Translations under genes and position numbers: made by a program | Shown: in pieces, positions 1 to 11,440 of the stretch | Layout of the letters: every line of letters starts with the position of its first letter | How positions within the stretch are numbered: the stretch's first letter is position 1 | The notes under the pieces: model-generated | Database searches by the model: none | Told to the model about the DNA's origin: nothing | What the model saw: the letters and a program-made list of their open reading frames with translations, nothing else | Assembly (NCBI GenBank): GCA_964057225.1 | Contig: OZ059898.1 | Span: 20,956,001-21,020,000 of the forward strand | Source: Auanema rhodensis | Taxonomy: Eukaryota; Animalia; Nematoda | Direction of reading: 5' to 3' | Length of the DNA stretch: 64,000 nucleotides

Positions 1-3000
1 TTATGCTAATTAAATGTACACGTGATGTGCACTTGGTATGTAACTCGCTTCACGTGAAAGATAAAGAGATGCGGTTTTTAAAATTAGATTCCCCATGTCC
101 ATATTAGTCTAAAAACAAATTTTTATTGATATTGGTGCATGGTAACCATGACTTTGAAATTTACGTGAACTTTAATTTATGCTAATCAAATGTACACGTG
201 ATGTGCACTTGGTATGTAACTCGCTTCACGTGAAAGATAAAGAGATGCGGTTTTCAAAATTAGATTCCCCATGTCAATATTAGTCTAAAAACAAATTTTT
301 ATTGATATTGGTTCATGATAACCATGACTTTGAAATTTACGTGAACTTTAATTTATGCTAATTAAATGTACACGTGATGTGCACTTGGTATGTAACTCGC
401 TTCACGTGAAAGATAAAGAGATGCGGTTTTCAAAATTAGATTTCCCATGTCCATATTAGTCTAAAAACAAATTTTGATTGATATTGGTGCATGGTAACCA
501 TGACTTTGAAATTTACGTGAACTTTAATTTATGCTAATTAAATGTACACGTGATGTGCACTTGGTATGTAACTCGCTTCACGTAAAAGATAAAGAGATGC
601 GGTTTTCAAAATTAGATTTCCCATGTCCATATTAGTCTAAACACAAATTTTTATTGATATTGGTTCATGGTAACCATGACTTTGAAATTTACGTGAACTT
701 TAATTTATGCTAATTAAATGTACACGTGATGTGCACTTGGTATGTAATTCGCTTCACGTGAAAGATAAAGAGATGCGGTTTTCAAAATTAGATTCCCCAT
801 GTCCATATTAGTCTAAAAACAAATTTTTATTGATATTGGTGCTTGGTAACCATGACTTTGAAATTTACGTGAACTTTAATTTATGCTAATTAAATGTACA
901 CGTGATGTGCACTTGGTATGTAACTCGTTTCACGTGAAAGATAAAGAGATGCGGTTTTCAAAATTAGATTCCCCATGTCCATATTAGTCTAAAAACAAAT
1001 TTTTATTGATATTGGTTCATGGTAACCATGACTTTGAAATTTACGTGAACTTTAATTTATGCTAATTAAATGTACACGTGATGTGCACTTGGTATGTAAC
1101 TCGCTTCACGTGAAAGATAAAGAGATGCGGTTTTCAAAATTAGATTCCTCATGTCCATATTAGTCTAAAAACAAATTTTTATTGATATTGGTGCTTGGTA
1201 ACCATGACTTTGAAATTTACGTGAACTTTAATTTATGCTAATTAAATGTACACGTGATGTGCACTTGGTATGTAACTCGCTTCACGTAAAAGATAAAGAG
1301 ATGCGGTTTTCAAAATTAGATTTCCCATGTCCATATTAGTCTAAAAACAAATTTTTATTGATATTGGTTCATGATAACCATGACTTTGAAATTTACGTGA
1401 ACTTTAATTTATGCTAATTAAATGTACACGTGATGTGCACTTGGTATGTAACTCGCTTCACGTGAAAGATAAAGAGATGCGGTTTTCAAAGTTAGATTCC
1501 CCATGTCCATATTAGTCTAAAAACAAATTTTGATTGATATTGGTGCATGGTAACCATGACTTTGAAATTTACGTGAACTTTAATTTATGCTAATTAAATG
1601 TACACGTGATGTGCACTTGGTATGTAACTCGCTTCACGTAAAAGATAAAGAGATGCGGTTTTCAAAATTAGATTTCCCATGTCCATATTAGTCTAAAAAC
1701 AAATTTTTATTGATATTGGTTCATGGTAACCATGACTTTGAAATTTACGTGAACTTTAATTTATGCTAATTAAATGTACACGTGATGTGCACTTGGTATG
1801 TAACTCGCTTCACGTGAACGATAAAGAGATGCGGTTTTCAAAATTAGATTTCCCATGTCCATATTAGTCTAAAAACAAATTTTTATTGATATTGGTTCAT
1901 GGTAACCATGACTTTGAAATTTACGTGAATTTTAATTTATGCTAATTAAATGTACACGTGATGTGCATTTGGTATGTAGCTCGCTTCACGTGAAAGAAAA
2001 AGAGATGCGGTTTTCAAAATTAGATTCCCCATGTCCATATTAGTCTAAAAACAAATTTTTATTGATATTGGTGCATGGTAACCATGACTTTGAAACTTAC
2101 GTGAACTTTAATTTATGCTAATTAAATGTACACGTGATGTGAACTTGGTATGTAACTCGCTTCACGTGAATGATAAAGAGATGCGGTTTTCAAAATTAGA
2201 TTCCCCATGTCCATATTAGTCTAAAAACACATTTTTATTGATATTGGTTCATGGTAACCATGACTTTGAAATTTACGTGAATTTTAATTTATGCTAATTA
2301 AATGTACACGTGATGTGCACTTGGTATGTAACTCGCTTCACGTGAAAGATAAAGAGATGCGGTTTTCAAAATTAGATTCCCCATGTCCATATTAGTCTAA
2401 AAACAAATTTTTATTGATATTGGTTCATGGTAACCATGACTTTGAAATTTACGTGAACTTTAATTTATGCTAATTAAATGTACACGTGATGTGCACTTGG
2501 TATGTAACTCGCTTCACGTGAAAGATAAAGAGATGCGGTTTTCAAAATTAGATTCCTCATGTACATGTTAGTCTAAAAACAAATTTTTATTGATATTGGT
2601 TCATGGTAACCATGACTTTGAAATTTACGTGAACATTAATTTATGCTAATTAAATGTACACGTGATGTGCACTTGGTATGTAACTCGCTTCACGTGAAAG
2701 ATAAAGAGATGCGGTTTTCAAAATTAGATTCCCCATGTCCATATTAGTCTAAAAACAAATTTTTATTGATATTGGTTCATGGTAACCATGACTTTGAAAT
2801 TTACGTGAACTTTAATTTATGCTAATTAAATGTACACGTGATGTGCACTTGGTACGTAACTCGCTTCACGTGAAAGATAAAGAGATGCGGTTTTCAAAAT
2901 TAGATTTCCCATGTACATGTTAGTCTAAAAACAAATTTTTATTGATATTGGTTCATGGTAACCATGACTTTGAAATTTACGTGAACTTTAATTTATGCTA

Positions 3001-6000
3001 ATTAAATGTACACGTGATGTGCACTTGGTATGTAACTCGCTTCACGTGAAAGATAAAGAGATGCGGTTTTTATAATTAGATTCCCCATGTCCATATTAGT
3101 CTAAAAACAAATTTTTATTGATATTGGTGCATGGTAACCATGACTTTGAAATTTACGTGAACTTTAATTTATGCTAATCAAATGTACACGTGATGTGCAC
3201 TTGGTATGTAACTCGTTTCACGTGAAAGATAAAGAGATGCGGTTTTCAAAATTAGATTCCCCATGTCCATATTAGTCTAAAAACAAATTTTTATTGATAT
3301 TGGTGCATGGTAACCATGACTTTGAAACTTACGTGAACTTTAATTTATGCTAATTAAATGTACACGTGATGTGAACTTGGTATGTAACTCGCTTCACGTG
3401 AATGATAAAGAGATGCGGTTTTCAAAATTAGATTCCCCATGTCCATATTAGTCTAAAAACACATTTTTATTGATATTGGTTCATGGTAACCATGACTTTG
3501 AAATTTACGTGAACTTTAATTTATGCTAATTAAATGTACACGTGATGTGCACTTGGTATGTAACTCGCTTCACGTGAAAGATAAAGAGATGCGGTTTTCA
3601 AAAGTAGATTCCCCATGTCCATATTAGTCTAAAAACAAATTTTTATTGATATTGGTTCATGGTAACCATGACTTTGAAATTTACGTGAACTTTAATTTAT
3701 GCTAATTAAATGTACACGTGATGTGCACTTTATATGTAACTCGCTTCACGTGAAAGATAAAGAGATGCGGTTCTCAAAATTAGAATCCCCATGTCCAAAT
3801 TAGTCTAAAAACAAATTTTTATTGATATTGGTTCATGGTAACCATGACTTTGAAATTTACGTGAACTTTAATTTATGCTAATTAAATGTACACGTGATGT
3901 GCACTAGGTATGTAACTCGCTTCACGTGAAAGATAAAGAGATGCGGTTTTCAAAATTAGAATCCCCATGTCCATATTAGTTTAAAAACAAATTTTTATTG
4001 ATATTGGTTCATGGTAACCATGACTTTGAAATTTACGTGAACTTTAATTTATGCTAATTAAATGTACACGTGATGTGCACTTGGTATGTAACTCGCTTCA
4101 CGTGAATGATAAAGAGATGCGGTTTTCAAAATTAGATTCCCCATGTCCATATTAGTCTAAAAACAAATTTTTATTGATATTGGTTCATGGTAACCATGAC
4201 TTTGAAATTTACGTGAACTTTAATTTATGCTAATTAAATGTACACGTGATGTGCACTTGGTATGTAACTCGCTTCACGTGAAAGATAAAGAGATGCGGTT
4301 TTCAAAATTAGATTCCTCATGTACATGTTAGTCTAAAAACAAATTTTTATTGATATTGGTTCATGGTAACCATGACTTTGAAATTTACGTGAACATTAAT
4401 TTATGCTAATTAAATGTACACGTGATGTGCACTTGGTATGTAACTCGCTTCACGTGAAAGATAAAGAGATGCGGTTTTCAAAATTAGATTCCCCATGTCC
4501 ATATTAGTCTAAAAACAAATTTTTATTGATATTGGTTCATGGTAACCATGACTTTGAAATTTACGTGAACTTTAATTTATGCTAATTAAATGTACACGTG
4601 ATGTGCACTTGGTACGTAACTCGCTTCACGTGAAAGATAAAGAGATGCGGTTTTCAAAATTAGATTTCCCATGTACATGTTAGTCTAAAAACAAATTTTT
4701 ATTGATATTGGTTCATGGTAACCATGACTTTGAAATTTACGTGAACTTTAATTTATGCTAATTAAATGTACACGTGATGTGCACTTGGTATGTAACTCGC
4801 TTCACGTGAAAGATAAAGAGATGCGGTTTTTATAATTAGATTCCCCATGTCCATATTAGTCTAAAAACAAATTTTTATTGATATTGGTGCATGGTAACCA
4901 TGACTTTGAAATTTACGTGAACTTTAATTTATGCTAATCAAATGTACACGTGATGTGCACTTGGTATGTAACTCGTTTCACGTGAAAGATAAAGAGATGC
5001 GGTTTTCAAAATTAGATTCCCCATGTCAATATTAGTCTAAAAACAAATTTTTATTGATATTGGTTCATGGTAACCATGACTTTGAAATTTACGTGAACTT
5101 TAATTTATGCTAATTAAATGTACACGTGATGTGCACTTGGTATGTAACTCGCTTCACGTGAAAGATAAAGAGATGCGGTTTTCAAAATTAGATTCCCCAT
5201 GTCCATATTAGTCTAAAAACAAATTTTTATTGATATTGGTGCATGGTAACCATGACTTTGAAATTTACGTGAACTTTAATTTATGCTAATTAAATGTACA
5301 CGTGATGTGCACTTGGTATGTAACTTGCTTCACGTAAAAGATAAAGAGATGCGGTTTTCAAAATTAGATTTCCCATGTCCATATTAGTCTAAAAACAAAT
5401 TTTTATTGATATTGGTTCATGGTAACCATGACTTTGAAATTTACGTGAACTTTAATTTATGCTAATTAAATGTACACGTGATGTGCACTTGGTATGTAAC
5501 TCGCTTCACGTGAAAGATAAAGAGATGCGGTTTTCAAAATTAGATTTCCCATGTCCATATTAGTCTAAAAACAAATTTTTATTGATATTGGTTCATGATA
5601 ACCATGACTTTGAAATTTACGTGAACTTTAATTTATGCTAATTAAATGTACACGTGATGTGCACTTGGTATGTAACTCGCTTCACGTGAAAGATAAAGAG
5701 ATGCGGTTTTCAAAATTAGATTCCCCATGTCCATATTAGTCTAAAAACAAATTTTGATTGATATTGGTGCATGGTAACCATGACTTTGAAATTTACGTGA
5801 ACTTTAATTTATGCTAATTAAATGTACACGTGATGTGCACTTGGTATGTAACTCGCTTCACGTAAAAGATAAAGAGATGCGGTTTTCAAAATTAGATTCC
5901 CCATGTCCATATTAGTCTAAAAACAAATTTTTATTGATATTGGTTCATGGTAACCATGACTTTGAAATTTACGTGAACTTTAATTTATGCTAATTAAATG

Positions 6001-9000
6001 TACACGTGATGTGCACTTGGTATGTAACTCGCTTCACGTGAATGATAAAGAGATGCGGTTTTCAAAATTAGATTCCCCATGTCCATATTAGTCTAAAAAC
6101 AAATTTTTATTGATATTGGTTCATGGTAACCATGACTTTGAAATTTACGTGAACTTTAATTTATGCTAATTAAATGTACACGTGATGTGCACTTGGTATG
6201 TAACTCGCTTCACGTGAAAGATAAAGAGATGCGGTTTTCAAAATTAGATTCCCCATGTCCATATTAGTCTAAAAACAAATTTTTATTGATATTGGTTCAT
6301 GGTAACCATGACTTTGAAATTTACGTGAATTTTAATTTATGCTAATTAAATGTACACGTGATGTGCACTTGGTATGTAACTCGCTTCACGTGAAAGATAA
6401 AGAGATGCGGTTTTCAAAATTAGATTCCCCATGTCCATATTAGTCTAAAAACAAATTTTTATTGATATTGGTTCATGGTAACCATGACTTTGAAATTTAC
6501 GTGAACTTTAATTTATGCTAATTAAATGTACACGTGATGTGCACCTGGTATGTAACTCGCTTCACGTGAAAGATAAAGAGATGCGGTTTTCAAAACTAGA
6601 TTCCTCATGTACATGTTAGTCTAAAAACAAATTTTTATTGATATTGGTTCATGGTAACCATGACTTTGAAATTTACGTGAACATTAATTTATGCTAATTA
6701 AATGTACACGTGATGTGCACTTGGTATGTAACTCGCTTCACGTGAAAGATAAAGAGATGCGGTTTTCAAAATTAGATTCCCCATGTCCATATTAGACTAA
6801 AAACAAATTTTTATTGATATTGGTTCATGGTAACCATGACTTTGAAATTTACGTGAACTTTAATTTATGCTAATTAAATGTACACGTGATGTGCACTTGG
6901 TACGTGACTCGCTTCACGTGAAAGATAAAGAGATGCGGTTTTCAAAATTAGATTCCCCATGTACATGTTAGTCTAAAAACAAATTTTTATTGATATTGGT
7001 TCATGGTAACCATGACTTTGAAATTTACGTGAACTTTAATTTATGCTAATTAAATGTACACGTGATGTGCACTTGGTATGTAACTCGCTTCACGTGAATG
7101 ATAAAGAGATGCGGTTTTCAAAATTAGATTCCCCATGTCCATATTAGTCTAAAAACAAATTTTTATTGATATTGGTTCATGGTAACCATGACTTTGAAAT
7201 TTACGTGAACTTTAATTTATGCTAATTAAATGTACACGTGATGTGCACCTGGTATGTAACTCGCTTCACGTGAAAGATAAAGAGATGCGGTTTTCAAAAC
7301 TAGATTCCTCATGTACATGTTAGTCTAAAAACAAATTTTTATTGATATTGGTTCATGGTAACCATGACTTTGAAATTTACGTGAACATTAATTTATGCTA
7401 ATTAAATGTACACGTGATGTGCACTTGGTATGTAACTCGCTTCACGTGAAAGATAAAGAGATGCGGTTTTCAAAATTAGATTCCCCATGTCCATATTAGA
7501 CTAAAAACAAATTTTTATTGATATTGGTTCATGGTAACCATGACTTTGAAATTTACGTGAACTTTAATTTATGCTAATTAAATGTACACGTGATGTGCAC
7601 TTGGTACGTGACTCGCTTCACGTGAAAGATAAAGAGATGCGGTTTTCAAAATTAGATTCCCCATGTACATGTTAGTCTAAAAACAAATTTTTATTGATAT
7701 TGGTTCATGGTAACCATGACTTTGAAATTTACGTGAACTTTAATTTATGCTAATTAAATGTACACGTGATGTGCACTTGGTATGTAACTCGCTTCACGTG
7801 AATGATAAAGAGATGCGGTTTTCAAAATTAGATTCCCCATGTCCATATTAGTCTAAAAACAAATTTTTATTGATATTGGTTCATGGTAACCATGACTTTG
7901 AAATTTACGTGAACTTTAATTTATGCTAATTAAATGTACACGTGATGTGCACCTGGTATGTAACTCGCTTCACGTGAAAGATAAAGAGATGCGGTTTTCA
8001 AAACTAGATTCCTTATGTACATGTTAGTCTAAAAACAAATTTTTATTGATATTGGTTCATGGTAACCATGACTTTGAAATTTACGTGAACATTAATTTAT
8101 GCTAATTAAATGTACACGTGATGTGCACTTGGTATGTAACTCGCTTCACGTGAATGATAACGAGATGCGGTTTTCAAAATTAGATTCCCCATGTCCATAT
8201 TAGTCTAAAAACAAATTTTTATTGATATTGGTTCATGGTAACCATGACTTTGAAATTTACGTGAACTTTAATTTATGCTAATTAAATGTACACGTGATGT
8301 GCACTTGGTATGTAACTCGCTTCACGTGAAAGATAAAGAGATGCGGTTTTCAAAATTAGATTCCCCATGTCCATATTAGTCTAAAAACAAATTTTCATTG
8401 ATATTGGTTCATGGTAACCATGACTTTGAAATTTACGTGAATTTTAATTTATGCTAATTAAATGTACACGTGATGTGCACTTGGTATGTAACTCGCTTCA
8501 CGTGAAAGATAAAGAGATGCGGTTTTCAAAATTAGATTCCCCATGTCCATATTAGTCTAAAAACAAATTTTTATTGATATTGGTTCATGGTAACCATGAC
8601 TTTGAAATTTACGTGAACTTTAATTTATGCTAATTAAATGTACACGTGATGTGCACTTGGTATGTAACTCGCTTCACGTGAATGATAAAGAGATGCGGTT
8701 TTCAAAATTAGATTCCCCATGTCCATATTAGTCTAAAAACAAATTTTTATTGATATTGGTTTATGGTAACCATGACTTTGAAATTTACGTGAACTTTAAT
8801 TTATGCTAATTAAATGTACACGTGATGTGCACTTGGTATGTAACTCGCTTCACGTGAAAGATAAAGAGATGCGGTTTTCAAAATTAGATTCCCCATGTCC
8901 ATATTAGTCTAAAAACAAATTTTTATTGATATTGGTTCATGGTAACCATGACTTTGAAATTTACGTGAATTTTAATTTATGCTAATTAAATGTACACGTG

Positions 9001-10560
9001 ATGTGCACTTGGTATGTAACTCGCTTCACGTGAAAGATAAAGAGATGCGGTTTTCAAAATTAGATTCCCCATGTCCATATTAGTCTAAAAACAAATTTTT
9101 ATTGATATTGGTTCATGGTAACCATGACTTTGAAATTTACGTGAACTTTAATTTATGCTAATTAAATGTACACGTGATGTGCACTTGGTATGTAACTCGC
9201 TTCACGTGAAAGATAAAGAGATGCGGTTTTCAAAATTAGATTCCTCATGTACATGTTAGTCTAAAAACAAATTTTTATTGATATTGGTTCATGGTAACCA
9301 TGACTTTGAAATTTACGTGAACATTAATTTATGCTAATTAAATGTACACGTGATGTGCACTTGGTATGTAACTCGCTTCACGTGAAAGATAAAGAGATGC
9401 GGTTTTCAAAATTAGATTCCCCATGTCCATATTAGTCTAAAAACAAATTTTTATTGATATTGGTTCATGGTAACCATGACTTTGAAATTTACGTGAACTT
9501 TAATTTATGCTAATTAAATGTACACGTGATGTGCACTTGGTATGTAACTCGCTTCACGTAAAAGATAAAGAGATGCGGTTTTCAAAATTAGATTTCCCAT
9601 GTCCATATTAGTCTAAAAACAAATTTTTATTGATATTGGTTCATGGTAACCATGACTTTGAAATTTACGTGAACTTTAATTTATGCTAATTAAATGTACA
9701 CGTGATGTGCACTTGGTATGTAACTCGCTTCACGTAAAAGATAAAGAGATGCGGTTTTCAAAATTAGATTTCCCATGTCCATATTAGTCTAAAAACAAAT
9801 TTTTATTGATATTGGTTCATGGTAACCATGACTTTGAAATTTACGTGAACTTTAATTTATGCTAATTAAATGTACACGTGATGTGCACTTGGTATGTAAC
9901 TCGCTTCACGTAAAAGATAAAGAGATGCGGTTTTCAAAATTAGATTTCCCATGTCCATATTAGTCTAAAAACAAATTTTTATTGATATTGGTTCATGATA
10001 ACCATGACTTTGAAATTTACGTGAACTTTAATTTATGCTAATTAAATGTACACGTGATGTGCACTTGGTATGTAACTCGCTTCACGTGAAAGATGAAGAG
10101 ATGCGGTTTTCAAAATTAGATTCCCCATGTCCATATTAGTCTAAAAACAAATTTTTATTGATATTGGTGCATGGTAACCATGACTTTGAAATTTACGTGA
10201 ACTTTAATTTATGCTAATTAAATGTACACGTGATGTGCACTTGGTATGTAACTCGCTTCACGTGAAAGATAAAGAGATGCGGTTTTCAAAATTAGATTCC
10301 CCATGTCCATATTAGTCTAAAAACAAATTTTTATTGATATTGGTTCATGGTAACCATGACTTTGAAATTTACGTGAACTTTAATTTATGCTAATTAAATG
10401 TACACGTGATGTGCACTTGGTATGTAACTCGCTTCACGTAAAAGATAAAGAGATGCGGTTTTCAAAATTAGATTTCCCATGTCCATATTAGTCTAAAAAC
10501 AAATTTTTATTGATATTGGTTCATGGTAACCATGACTTTGAAATTTACGTGAACTTTAAT
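1..10560 (+). repeat. Left satellite subfamily domain (M1-M60), more diverged
   Basis: Variants c91t, g56a, c99a+a103g (gtacatgtta), t171a, c170t, g142a and t124g recur here and were not seen after ~10.5 kb; up to ~6 substitutions per monomer. Confidence 0.85.
6513..8096 (+). repeat. Local 4-monomer (704-bp) higher-order repeat, 2.25 copies
   Basis: M38-41 = M42-45, and M46 is close to M38. Markers t33c+t84c (gcacctgg at ~6545, 7249, 7953), t108a (attagact) and t39c+a42g (tacgtgactc) recur at 704-bp spacing. Confidence 0.9.
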
Positions 10561-11440
10561 TTATGCTAATTAAATGTACACGTGATGTGCACTTGGTATG
10601 TAACTCGCTTCACGTGAAAGATGAAGAGATGCGGTTTTCAAAATTAGATTCCCCATGTCCATATTAGTCTAAAAACAAATTTTTATTGATATTGGTGCAT
10701 GGTAACCATGACTTTGAAATTTACGTGAACTTTAATTTATGCTAATTAAATGTACACGTGATGTGCACTTGGTATGTAACTCGCTTCACGTGAAAGATAA
10801 AGAGATGCGGTTTTCAAAATTAGATTCCCCATGTCCATATTAGTCTAAAAACAAATTTTTATTGATATTGGTTCATGGTAACCATGACTTTGAAATTTAC
10901 GTGAACTTTAATTTATGCTAATTAAATGTACACGTGATGTGCACTTGGTATGTAACTCGCTTCACGTGAAAGATAAAGAGATGCGGTTTTCAAAATTAGA
11001 TTCCCCATGTCCATATTAGTCTAAAAACAAATTTTTATTGATATTGGTTCATGGTAACCATGACTTTGAAATTTACGTGAACTTTAATTTATGCTAATTA
11101 AATGTACACGTGATGTGCACTTGGTATGTAACTCGCTTCACGTGAAAGATGAAGAGATGCGGTTTTCAAAATTAGATTCCTCATGTCCATATTAGTCTAA
11201 AAACAAATTTTTATTGATATTGGTTCATGGTAACCATGACTTTGAAATTTACGTGAACTTTAATTTATGCTAATTAAATGTACACGTGATGTGCACTTGG
11301 TATGTAACTCGCTTCACGTGAAAGATAAAGAGATGCGGTTTTCAAAATTAGATTCCCCATGTCCATATTAGTCTAAAAACAAATTTTTATTGATATTGGT
11401 TCATGGTAACCATGACTTTGAAATTTACGTGAACTTTAAT

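Noticed and set aside
44-78. CENP-B box
   Set aside because: The NTTCGNNNNANNCGGGN core is not present on either strand.
57-173. Phased A-tracts causing intrinsic curvature
   Set aside because: A/T tracts are present, but I could not see a consistent ~10.5-bp phasing by eye; this needs a curvature or periodicity calculation.
1-176. Assignment to a known 170-180 bp satellite (alpha satellite, Arabidopsis CEN178, Brassica CentBr, honeybee AluI)
   Set aside because: Only the length is similar. I recognise no sequence similarity, and the consensus has no HindIII or AluI site. A BLAST or Dfam/Repbase search is needed.
1-176. Tandem 5S rRNA, tRNA, snRNA or spliced-leader gene unit
   Set aside because: No recognisable RNA-gene sequence, cloverleaf or internal promoter boxes; the unit is AT-rich throughout.
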